Assembly: GCA_040754495.1 (NCBI GenBank)
Contig: JBFMCO010000022.1
Coordinates: forward strand, 18,233 to 82,232
Source: Candidatus Micrarchaeota archaeon
GTDB taxonomy: Archaea; Micrarchaeota; Micrarchaeia; Anstonellales; Bilamarchaeaceae
Direction: 5' to 3'
Length of the DNA stretch: 64,000 nt
The notes beneath the pieces are model-generated. The model was not told where the DNA came from and searched no databases. It was given only the letters and a program-made list of their open reading frames with translations. A program made the position numbers and the translations under genes. This document shows positions 42,960 to 50,794 of the stretch, in pieces; position 1 is the first letter of the stretch; each line of letters begins with the position of its first letter.

Positions 42960-42996
42960 GGATGCAGGAAAAAAATAGCGGGGGGTAGATTTGAAC
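42960..42996. repeat. 37-bp direct repeat, copy 2; it overlaps the 3' end of the initiator tRNA gene
   Basis: Identical 37-mer. Sequence after the repeat differs between the copies. Confidence 0.8.
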
Positions 42997-43080
42997 TACC
43001 GGTCCCTGGGTTATGAGCCCAGTGGGAACTCCAAGCTTCCCATAGGGCAAATTCTAGATGTTAGAATTTGTTACCCCGCT
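42976..43080 (-). tRNA. Initiator tRNA-Met(CAU) with a ~30-nt intron near the D-arm
   Basis: Minus strand: AGCGGGG..CCCCGCU-A gives an A1:U72 pair. Anticodon stem CUGGG/CCCAG has three G:C pairs next to the loop CUCAUAA. T-arm GGUAG-UUCAAAU-CUACC. AGCGGGG and CCCGCUA match archaeal tRNAi. 105 nt versus about 75 mature. Followed by TTTTTTT. Confidence 0.65.
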
Positions 43081-43221
43081 TTGCTTGGAGCACTTTAACC
43101 CAGATTGTCCTAACAGAAGTCAGAACGAGAATAATTAGCGGGCTAATGCTTTATAATGGTGATTGAAATTCAGGCGCTAGATGAAGTAAAAGAGAAAGAA
43201 GGAGAAAAGGGAGGAAGAAAC

Positions 43222-43791
43222 TCACTTCCTCTTTTTCGCCGGCGCGACGGGCCGCGGCGGAGGCTCCTCCTCTTCCACCGGCTCCTCTTCGGACATCCCG
43301 GCCTCTTCCTCCGCAGGCTCTTCCTCCTGCGGCTCCTCTTCCTCAGGCTCGGGCCTCCTCGCTGCGGGCCTCGGGGACGGGGCTGCCATCCTCTGCGGCG
43401 GCGGGGCCTTCTCGGTCTCCATCTTCTTCACGATTTTGTGGACCATCTCGCGCTCCATCTGCTCGCTCTTGCGCGAGTCGTCCTCGAGCTTGCCCTTGTG
43501 GTAGTAGAAGCCGGCCATGAACATGAGGCCCGAGATTACCAGCGGGACCAGCAGGGAACCGAGGTAGAGCGACGGCAGTATGACTGTCGCGAACTCGTTC
43601 TTCAGCTTCGCGAACTCGGATGGAGGAGTGACGCCGCACTGCTGCAGCTTGGTGAAATCGTTCGTGGTGACGAAATCGACTACTGCTCCGATTATTCCGC
43701 TTGCATACGATATTATCACATAGGCCGCGCCCACGATGACCAGGAGGCCCAGCACTACAAACAGATAGCTTACAACCTTGAATTTACTCAT
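43222..43791 (-). CDS. Membrane protein with an acidic, Pro/Glu-rich C-terminal tail; hypothetical
   Basis: Two or three TM helices, then PEPEEEEPQEEEPAEEEAGMSEEEPVEEEEPPP. Confidence 0.55.
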   Translation of the reverse strand: MSKFKVVSYLFVVLGLLVIVGAAYVIISYASGIIGAVVDFVTTNDFTKLQQCGVTPPSEFAKLKNEFATVILPSLYLGSLLVPLVISGLMFMAGFYYHKGKLEDDSRKSEQMEREMVHKIVKKMETEKAPPPQRMAAPSPRPAARRPEPEEEEPQEEEPAEEEAGMSEEEPVEEEEPPPRPVAPAKKRK

Positions 43792-43812
43792 ATTTACACC
43801 CCCTCGATTATA

Positions 43813-44586
43813 TTAGGATAAAGTAAAATAAATCCTCCTGTTGTCCTTCCCCTTGTTGTCGAGACGGAGTATGGCTATCCTGCCTACCTCCGCAAGGCTC
43901 CGCACGTGAGTCCCGCCGTCCGCCTGGACGTCTATGCCGGGAATCTCGACGATGCGAAGCTCGCTTATGGATGGCGGCAAAGCGCCTGCAAGCTTCACGA
44001 CGCCAGGTATCTTCATCGCTTCCGCGCGCGGAAGAGTATAGACCTTGAGCGCTGCGCCGCTTGAGAGCGCGTCGTTCGCCTTCCGGACGATTTCCTCGAA
44101 TTGCGGGCGGTCGAACGAAGCGAGGCTGAAGTCGAAGCGCGCCTTGTCCTCCTCGAGCTGATTTCCCGTAATCAGCACGCCGAGCTCCTTGTACATGGCA
44201 GCTCCGAGCACGTGCGCTGCCGTGTGCATGCGCATGAGCTTGTAGCGCCGCTCCCAGTCTATCACGCAGCGGACATGGTCGCCGGCCCCGAGTTTCCAGT
44301 TCCCGGTTTCGTCTTTGGGTTCAGCGTCCAGAAGGTGGACGATTTGGCCGTCTTTCTTGAATACGTCCACGACACTGAACACGGAACCGGGAGCGGGCGG
44401 CCCTGCGCCGGAGACCGGCTGCCCGCTGCCGGAAACCAGCGCGATGCTGCCCCGGTCGGCAGGCTGGCCGCCGCCCCTCGGATAGAACACGGTCCTGTCG
44501 AGGACGACCTCCTTGCCGCTCACCGACAGGACCTGCGCGGCGCACTCGCGCATGTAGCTGTCATCGAGATAAAGGGCCTGGCTCAT
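43813..44586 (-). CDS. alaX: AlaX-type misacylated tRNA(Ala) editing deacylase
   Basis: HTAAHVLGAAM (HxxxH) and DGGTHVRSL (CxxxH-type zinc motif variant). AlaRS editing-domain homolog of about 250 aa. Confidence 0.75.
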   Translation of the reverse strand: MSQALYLDDSYMRECAAQVLSVSGKEVVLDRTVFYPRGGGQPADRGSIALVSGSGQPVSGAGPPAPGSVFSVVDVFKKDGQIVHLLDAEPKDETGNWKLGAGDHVRCVIDWERRYKLMRMHTAAHVLGAAMYKELGVLITGNQLEEDKARFDFSLASFDRPQFEEIVRKANDALSSGAALKVYTLPRAEAMKIPGVVKLAGALPPSISELRIVEIPGIDVQADGGTHVRSLAEVGRIAILRLDNKGKDNRRIYFTLS

Positions 44587-44640
44587 AAAGCTTTTAAATG
44601 CAGGAAAACATTAATAGGTTGGGATTAGGAGCTGATTGTC

Positions 44641-45150
44641 ATGGCAGGAAGGGACACGAGGCCGAAAGAGGAGATTCTGGAGACGCACGCCCAGACGGGC
44701 GAGGCGCAGAGGCAGCAGCAGGAGGCTGCGCAGAGGCAGGTCGGGGGGATAGACCTCTCGAGGCTGGTCGCCGCAAAGCAGCAGGTCCGCGGAGCTGTGA
44801 CCGAGCAGTCTGCGCACGCGTACCAGGTTGCCTCCACGACAAGAAGGGTGTTCATGGAGGAGGTCGAGCGCAGCAGGGACATCACCCTGAGGGGCAACGT
44901 CCGCGATTCCGAGATGATGAGGATAGCCGCCAACCCGGAAGCCTTCGAGAACTGCAAGGTCCAATACGGATACAACCAGAGGCAGAGGATATACAGCGTC
45001 GCAACCGAGTTCGACGGCAGGCCGAGAATCCTCACGGTGCGCGTCGGGGAGAACTTCATGGAGATGTCGCTCGCAGACAGGCAGGGCACCGTCCTCGAGA
45101 CCATGAGGCAGGAAGACGGAAGGGGCATAACATACAGCAGGGCAGGCTGA
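44641..45150 (+). CDS. Hypothetical protein (169 aa)
   Basis: ORF with a Gln/Arg-rich N-terminus. No motif recognised. Confidence 0.45.
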   Translation: MAGRDTRPKEEILETHAQTGEAQRQQQEAAQRQVGGIDLSRLVAAKQQVRGAVTEQSAHAYQVASTTRRVFMEEVERSRDITLRGNVRDSEMMRIAANPEAFENCKVQYGYNQRQRIYSVATEFDGRPRILTVRVGENFMEMSLADRQGTVLETMRQEDGRGITYSRAG

Positions 45151-45152
45151 TT

Positions 45153-45806
45153 ATGAGCCAGGCGAAAATTAACGCCGCAAGAGCAGCGCTCGGATACGTG
45201 AAGGACGGCATGTGCATAGGCCTTGGCAGCGGCACGACAGTCCGGGAGTTCATAAGGCTGCTCGGGGAAAAGGTCCGCGGCGGCCTGAAGGTGAGCTGCG
45301 TGACGACATCGTTCGATTCGCGCATGCTGGCAATCGAGTGCGGCATATTCGTGACCGAGACGGACGCCATCGACGAGATAGACCTCACGGTGGACGGGGC
45401 CGACAAGGTCACGAAGACCGCCCTCCTCAAGGGAGGCGGGGGGGCGCTGACAAGGGAGAAGATAATCGGCTACAACGCGAAAAGATTCATAATCATTGCA
45501 GACGAGGGCAAGGTCCAGGAGGGGACGCTGGAAGGCGAGGTAAATCTCGAGGTGCTCCCTTTCGCGGCCCCGCTTGTCATGCGAGCGCTCAAGAGATACA
45601 ACCCCAGGATACGGATGGCGAAAGCCAAGCTGGGGCCGGTGATAAGCGACAACGGGAGCTTCATAATAGACTGCGAGATGAAGCTCGACGACCCGAGGAA
45701 GACGGAGCAGTGGCTAAAGAGCATCCCGGGCATAGTCGAGAACGGAATCTTCACGAGATTCGACGTCATAATAGTCGGCAGCGAGAAGGGCCACAGGGTC
45801 CTCTGA
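45153..45806 (+). CDS. rpiA: Ribose-5-phosphate isomerase A
   Basis: MSQAKINAARAALGYVKDGMCIGLGSGTTV..DGADKV..GGGGALTREK. The long upstream in-frame extension from 44598 was judged spurious. Confidence 0.85.
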   Translation: MSQAKINAARAALGYVKDGMCIGLGSGTTVREFIRLLGEKVRGGLKVSCVTTSFDSRMLAIECGIFVTETDAIDEIDLTVDGADKVTKTALLKGGGGALTREKIIGYNAKRFIIIADEGKVQEGTLEGEVNLEVLPFAAPLVMRALKRYNPRIRMAKAKLGPVISDNGSFIIDCEMKLDDPRKTEQWLKSIPGIVENGIFTRFDVIIVGSEKGHRVL

Positions 45807-46045
45807 TTAACGGCTTATAAAAATCCAGAAGAATGGCTTTCCGCTGTTGGCACGGGGGAACCGTCCGCAGACGGTGGGTCCTGTGCCCAAAGGGCGTCCT
45901 GGGGTCAAGAATCAGACTAGCCCGGCATGGCGCCTAAGGTTTTCTACAGAGCCGATTTTACGCTATTCGTTTTGGGATTTCGGAATTTATGACAAAGAAA
46001 TATACTTTTAAACACATCTGCACAGAAGAGAGGTAGGTGTTTTTC

Positions 46046-46747
46046 ATGACTATTGAGAGGATGAAATCCCAGAGGGGGGCTAACGAGGCGAGGAATGCGA
46101 GGGTCGCGAAGGTTGCGGCAACGGTTCTGCTCATAGAGGGGCTTGCGTCCATATGCGCTGCCCAGGGCTGCAGCGACCCGTTCACGTCTTCGGGAATAAA
46201 GACCGAAACCGATTCCGGCACAGGCGGGCATGGAGGCACTTCCGGCTCCGGGGGCAGCAGCGGCATGGCCGGCTCGGGCGGGCTCGCGGGAACAGGAGGC
46301 GAGGCCCAGGGCGGCAGCGGCGGCGTTGGCGGAACCGGCGGAGCCGCAGGCATGGGGGGAAGCGGCGGCTTTGCCGGAGCGGGAGGCCAGGGGGGCGTAG
46401 CAGGGCAGGGAGGAGCGGGCGGCATGGCTGGCGCAGGAGGCGCCGGCGGAGCGGGCCCTCTGTGTGCCGGGGTTTATAACGAGTTCGTGGACCACGGGAC
46501 GTTCCCGAAGAACACGCCAACCGAAGCCGGAGGCTACTACCTCAACTACCTGTCCTACACTGCCACCACGATAACCATGAATATCCTGTGCGCCTCGGAC
46601 AATTCAGCCGTCGCGAGCGGCGAGGTTTTCACGGAGAACGTCGAGAAGACCGTCAACGTCCCGGCCGATGGCAAGAAAATCAGGGTGACGCTGCATAACA
46701 TGAACACTTTCCAGGCCGTTTGCAGCGTGACCGTAGAGCCCCTCTGA
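46046..46747 (+). CDS. Predicted lipoprotein, family member 3 (Gly-rich linker variant)
   Basis: LASICAAQGC. A long GGxGG linker. C-terminal domain GPLCAGVYNEFVDHG..ILCASDNS..VPADGKKIRVTLHNMNTFQAVCSVTVEPL. Confidence 0.6.
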   Translation: MTIERMKSQRGANEARNARVAKVAATVLLIEGLASICAAQGCSDPFTSSGIKTETDSGTGGHGGTSGSGGSSGMAGSGGLAGTGGEAQGGSGGVGGTGGAAGMGGSGGFAGAGGQGGVAGQGGAGGMAGAGGAGGAGPLCAGVYNEFVDHGTFPKNTPTEAGGYYLNYLSYTATTITMNILCASDNSAVASGEVFTENVEKTVNVPADGKKIRVTLHNMNTFQAVCSVTVEPL

Positions 46748-46866
46748 AAGCCGCTCCGGCGGCTTTCCTTTTTCAGCTTTTTTTCATCCGTTGTTTTGGC
46801 TAATGTTTAAAAATGCTAGCCATTAAATCACAAACAGACAAAAATCTTAACAAAAGGTGGGAGAGG

Positions 46867-47850
46867 ATGGGCAGACTACACAGCAAGCAGGAAGCGGACG
46901 CAGCGCCGCACGGGGGAAGGACTGTTTCTGAGAAAAGAAGGGCTCTTTCGAAATGGCTGATAGGGGCCTCGGTGGCCGCTTCCGCCGCTCTTGCAGCCGC
47001 ATCGTGCAGCGAGAGGAACGAGAATCTGTACATCCCGATTCCGCCGAGCGGAAACACGACGGATGGCGGAACCACGAACGATGGCGGGCCGGAAACAGAC
47101 GGGGGGCAGACGAGCGACGGCGGCACTACCGACGGCGGATGCGTTTCGCCTGCGCCGGTCTGCAACTCGCAGTACGTCTACGGCCTGCTCAATGTAGGCG
47201 AGATGCTGCTGATAGGGGATTACCGGGTGAGGCTGGCCGACACGAACGAAGCCGGCGGGGAGCAGAGGGCAGTTGTCGAGGTCCTCGACTCCTGCAACAG
47301 CGTGATAACCAGCCAGCCGGTCAACGAGAACGACACGGTCGTCTTCCAGGTCATGGGGACAGATATCGAAATCGAGGTCGCGGTTACGCATGTAACCGTT
47401 TCGGCGCCGAAATCCGCACGCATCACTGCCGAGATGACCTGCACTGACGGCGGGGTCACGGATGGAGGAGTGACGGACGGAGGCAATACCGACGGCGGCC
47501 CGGCTGACGCAGGCCCTGACGTTGATGGCGGCGCGGCCGATGGCGGAAGCGACGGCGGCCCATCCTGCACCGGCGTGTACAACGAGTCTGTCGATAACGG
47601 AGAGTTCGACAGGAACGTGGACGTCGAGGTCGGCGGCTACCATTTCAGGTACCTTTCCTACACGACCACCAGCGTCACCATTGACATCAGGTGCGGCGCG
47701 AGCAGCGCGGACGTGGCCCTCGGCGAGACGTGCGGGACCGGCGTCGAGAGGGTGATAGACGTCCCCGCAGACGGCAAGAGGATACGCGTCACCCTTGAGA
47801 ACAAGAACACGTTCCGCGCCATAATGGACGTAACGGTCGAGGACCTCTGA
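46867..47850 (+). CDS. Predicted lipoprotein, family member 4, with an extra N-terminal ~100-aa domain
   Basis: AAASC lipobox. N-terminal domain CVSPAPVCNSQYVYGLLNVGEMLLIGDYRVRLADTNEAGGEQRAVVEVLDSCN.. matches member 5. DGG repeats. C-terminal domain ..VPADGKRIRVTLENKNTFRAIMDVTVEDL. An AT-rich TATA-like tract lies at 46800-46815, and GGTGGGAG sits before the ATG. Confidence 0.6.
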   Translation: MGRLHSKQEADAAPHGGRTVSEKRRALSKWLIGASVAASAALAAASCSERNENLYIPIPPSGNTTDGGTTNDGGPETDGGQTSDGGTTDGGCVSPAPVCNSQYVYGLLNVGEMLLIGDYRVRLADTNEAGGEQRAVVEVLDSCNSVITSQPVNENDTVVFQVMGTDIEIEVAVTHVTVSAPKSARITAEMTCTDGGVTDGGVTDGGNTDGGPADAGPDVDGGAADGGSDGGPSCTGVYNESVDNGEFDRNVDVEVGGYHFRYLSYTTTSVTIDIRCGASSADVALGETCGTGVERVIDVPADGKRIRVTLENKNTFRAIMDVTVEDL

Positions 47851-47855
47851 GGGGG

Positions 47856-49133
47856 ATGCACATGGACAATCTCAAATTGCGCAGGGGAAGCGTCGATGAG
47901 AAAGAGGGGAGGGAGGACGCGAAGCCGAAGGAGAAATGGGGCAAGTGGCTTCTTGGAAGCGGAGCGGTCACATCCGTGGCTGCGGCTGCAATCATCGCAA
48001 TCTCGTGCGGCGACTCAAACACGGACCATTACATACCGATCCCGCCTAACGGCAATGTCGACGGCGGGACTACGGAGGACGGAGGCCCGGTCACGGACGG
48101 CGGGGACGAGGACGGCGGGGTTACCGATGGAGGGGATGGGGGGACCTGCACGCCGCCAACGCCATCTTGCGCCACCCAGACGGTCAACGTTCTCATGAAC
48201 GTAGGCGAGCAGCTTGTCGTCGGCGATTACAGGATAAGGCTGGCAGACACGAACGAAGCCGACGGGGAGCAGAGGGCCGTTATCGAGGTCCTGGATTCCT
48301 GCAACCAGCTCATCCGCTCCGAGCCTATTAACGAGGACGGCAGCAAGGTCTTCCAGGTGATGGGCACCGATATAGAGATAGAAGTCAGCGTCACGAACGT
48401 AACGATAACCGGCGCGAAGTCTGCCAGGGTAAGCGCGGAGATGAGATGCACAACCGGCACCGACGGAGGCCCGGTCACGGATGGCGGCCCGGAGACGGAT
48501 GGAGGGCCGACCGAGACTGACGGAGGGCCTGCCGATGCAGGCCCGGACGTCGATGGCGGAGAGACCGATGGCGGGCCTGTTACGGACGGCGGGACCGAAG
48601 AGGACGGTGGCGCCACGGATGGAGGCCCCACTGACGGCGGGCCGGACGTGGACGGCGGGCCTGTCGAGGAGGACGGCGGAGTTAGCGACGGCGGCCCCAC
48701 GGATGCCGGCCCTGACGTCGATGGCGGCGCGGCCGAAGACGGCGGCGTAACCGATGCCGGGCCCGATGTGGACGGCGGGGCTGACGCCGACGCTGGCGTG
48801 ACCGACGGAGGCGCGGATGCCGACGGCGGCACTGTAATCGTCTGCAGCGGCCTGTACAACGAGCACGTTGACAACGGCGAGTTCCCGAGGAACGAGGACG
48901 TGGAGCTGGGCGGATACTACTTCAGGTATGTCTCCTACACGCCAAACACGGCCACGGTCGAAATATACTGCTCGGCCGACAGCTCTCTTGTCAGCGGCGG
49001 GATGACGCTCACGCAGGGGCACGAGGAGACCCTCGAGCTTCCTACAGACGGGAAGCGCATCCGGTTCTTCCTCGAGAACAAGAATACGTTCAGGGCCATA
49101 ATCGACGTAAACGTCGAGGACCTCCCACCCTGA
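47856..49133 (+). CDS. Predicted lipoprotein, family member 5 (the longest; same two-domain layout as member 4)
   Basis: AISC lipobox. CTPPTPSCATQTVNVLMNVGEQLVVGDYRIRLADTNEADGEQRAVIEVLDSCN.. An extensive D/G/T/P linker. C-terminal domain ..GKRIRFFLENKNTFRAIIDVNVEDLPP. Confidence 0.6.
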   Translation: MHMDNLKLRRGSVDEKEGREDAKPKEKWGKWLLGSGAVTSVAAAAIIAISCGDSNTDHYIPIPPNGNVDGGTTEDGGPVTDGGDEDGGVTDGGDGGTCTPPTPSCATQTVNVLMNVGEQLVVGDYRIRLADTNEADGEQRAVIEVLDSCNQLIRSEPINEDGSKVFQVMGTDIEIEVSVTNVTITGAKSARVSAEMRCTTGTDGGPVTDGGPETDGGPTETDGGPADAGPDVDGGETDGGPVTDGGTEEDGGATDGGPTDGGPDVDGGPVEEDGGVSDGGPTDAGPDVDGGAAEDGGVTDAGPDVDGGADADAGVTDGGADADGGTVIVCSGLYNEHVDNGEFPRNEDVELGGYYFRYVSYTPNTATVEIYCSADSSLVSGGMTLTQGHEETLELPTDGKRIRFFLENKNTFRAIIDVNVEDLPP

Positions 49134-49177
49134 TTCTTTTCCTTCAATTTTATAAACTGCCGCAGCGATAGCAGCGC

Positions 49178-49702
49178 ATGCGCATCCCTGAGAGGATAAG
49201 GAGCGAGCTCAAGAAGCCGCTCGGTGCGCTGCACAGGGACTTTCGGGAAATCAGGCGGCTCAGCCGGACCCACAGGGTAATTTCCGTCGGGGACGTCTGC
49301 ACCCTCGGCCTGCTGGCCATGGGCATAAAGCCGCATCTGGCTGTCTTCGACCATCTTTTCATGAGGCACCGCCTCGACCCCGGCATGGTGAGGATTCTGG
49401 AGCTCCATTTCAGGAAGCCAAGGAGATACCGGAACCCGCCCGGAACAATCTCCCGGAAGATACTTGATGATGCGGCAGGGCTCTTGTCGCATGGCGGGGC
49501 CGTGCTCATAGACGGGGAGGAGGACCTCACGGCGCTGGCGTTCATACTTGCCGCTCAGGAAGGGGACGTAGTCATATACGGACAGCCGGGGCAGGGGATG
49601 GTGGTCGTCAAGCCTGATGAGAAGATAAAGAAGAAGGTCAGGGGGTGGCTTTCAGCCGCCGCCGCCCTTGGTCATGAAGTAGAAGGCCATGTAGGCGAAT
49701 AG
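49178..49702 (+). CDS. DUF359 family protein (GTP-dependent dephospho-CoA kinase-like)
   Basis: ISVGDVCTLGLLAMGIKPHLAVFD and an overall ~170-aa layout typical of archaeal DUF359. Confidence 0.55.
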   Translation: MRIPERIRSELKKPLGALHRDFREIRRLSRTHRVISVGDVCTLGLLAMGIKPHLAVFDHLFMRHRLDPGMVRILELHFRKPRRYRNPPGTISRKILDDAAGLLSHGGAVLIDGEEDLTALAFILAAQEGDVVIYGQPGQGMVVVKPDEKIKKKVRGWLSAAAALGHEVEGHVGE

Positions 49703-49846
49703 CGTAAGCACGACGGCGATTATTATCTGTGTCTGCTGGTCGAGCATCACCGCCGGCTCAAGAAGGGAGGTGCCTAGGAACGTCACTCCTGCCCCTATGC
49801 CCAGGGAGATGACCAGGAGGATGATGTTCTTAAGCGTGCTTCCCAT
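49652..49846 (-). CDS. Small two-TM membrane peptide (64 aa); hypothetical
   Basis: Hydrophobic ORF. Overlaps the 3' end of the previous gene, so low confidence. Confidence 0.3.
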   Translation of the reverse strand: MGSTLKNIILLVISLGIGAGVTFLGTSLLEPAVMLDQQTQIIIAVVLTLFAYMAFYFMTKGGGG

Positions 49847-49858
49847 CGTCGCACCGCA

Positions 49859-50110
49859 TTACTGGGACTGAACTGACGGGCCTTTCGTGACTACTATCAC
49901 GTCCTCGACTGATTTGACGTTCTTGTAGAGTATGCTCTTTTCGCGGAGCGCCTTCTTCGCGTCGTCCTTGCCCGCAGGGAGCGGCTCGATGAGAATCCTA
50001 GATACCTCGCCGCCCTCCAGGTCGACTATGAAGTCCTGGGCGTTGCCGATGAACTTCCCGGAGTCCGTGAAGATGTCCATGCCGTAGAGTCTGGATAGCT
50101 TCGTGCTCAT
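49859..50110 (-). CDS. PRC-barrel domain protein (83 aa)
   Basis: Size and pattern (MSTKLSRLYGMDIFTDSGKFIGNAQDFIVDLEGGEVSRILIE) typical of archaeal PRC-barrel proteins. Confidence 0.55.
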   Translation of the reverse strand: MSTKLSRLYGMDIFTDSGKFIGNAQDFIVDLEGGEVSRILIEPLPAGKDDAKKALREKSILYKNVKSVEDVIVVTKGPSVQSQ

Positions 50111-50176
50111 TCTAGATCACCTTGCGTTCCTAATCGCTGAACAAATTAAAAAACCTTCCCTCATACCAATACGACG

Positions 50177-50794
50177 ATGGAACGGGAAATGCTCGCATAT
50201 GCAGGGTACGTCGTTTTCTTCGCCCTTCTTGTCGGCTCAGTGTTCGCAGTGCCTTGGCTCGCTTTCACAAGCGACATGGACGCGGCTTATAAGGCATTCT
50301 CATTTACCTGCCACCAGAAGCTTTCGCGCTCGCTCTGCCTCTTTGGCGGCGGAAGCGGTTACTGGATAGCCGACTGCACCCCGCAGGAAGGCGCTTTCAT
50401 CCCGGGCGCGAGCGACAGGACGGCCGTGAAGGTCGTTGCGGACTCGGTCACCGGATACAAGATGCCGGTCTGCTCGCGCGATGTTGGGCTCTATGCCGTG
50501 ATGCTCCTTGGCGGCCTCGTTTACCCCTTCGTCCGGAGGCTTGATGACGGGGCCATGTACCCGGCGGTTTTCCTTGTGCTCGCAATCGTGCCGCTGGGAA
50601 TCGACGGCAGCCTGCAGCTCGTGTCTGAGCTCGGGCTCCTGCCTTTCATATACGAGAGCACCAACATTATACGGCTCGCTACCGGCGCGATAGCCGGATT
50701 CGCAGCCGCATTCTACGCGATACCGGTGCTGGCCAATCTCGTAAGCCCTGCCGAGGCGGGGCCGGCGGCTCCGGCGAAGCGGAAAAATCAGTAG
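50177..50794 (+). CDS. DUF2085-like membrane protein
   Basis: SFTCHQKLSRSLCLFGG plus multiple TM helices. Confidence 0.55.
   Translation: MEREMLAYAGYVVFFALLVGSVFAVPWLAFTSDMDAAYKAFSFTCHQKLSRSLCLFGGGSGYWIADCTPQEGAFIPGASDRTAVKVVADSVTGYKMPVCSRDVGLYAVMLLGGLVYPFVRRLDDGAMYPAVFLVLAIVPLGIDGSLQLVSELGLLPFIYESTNIIRLATGAIAGFAAAFYAIPVLANLVSPAEAGPAAPAKRKNQ

Noticed and set aside
42857-42960. Possibility of a second complete tRNA (plus or minus strand) between the two 37-bp repeats
   Set aside because: No complementary 5' acceptor (AGCGGGG) or alternative acceptor pairing could be found. Only a 3'-end fragment plus intron-like module is present.
31731-42965. GAAAC / GGAAAC short tandem repeats at 31737-31760, 36899-36945, 38098-38125, 42791-42804 and 42941-42958, considered as a possible CRISPR array or degenerate repeat array
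   Set aside because: The units are irregular, not separated by unique spacers, and located inside or beside tRNA introns. They are interpreted as intron or BHB-associated modules, not CRISPR.
44598-45152. Upstream in-frame extension of the RpiA ORF (starts at 44598)
   Set aside because: The extension is Arg/Gly/Glu low-complexity and overlaps gene 44641..45150 and the AlaX end. The conserved RpiA N-terminus starts at 45153.
46182-49022. Antisense ORFs opposite lipoprotein members 3-5 (46182..46520, 46876..47643, 48015..49022, 48227..48874)
   Set aside because: Mirror-image low-complexity translations (Pro/Ser/Arg-rich) of the Gly/Asp/Thr linkers.
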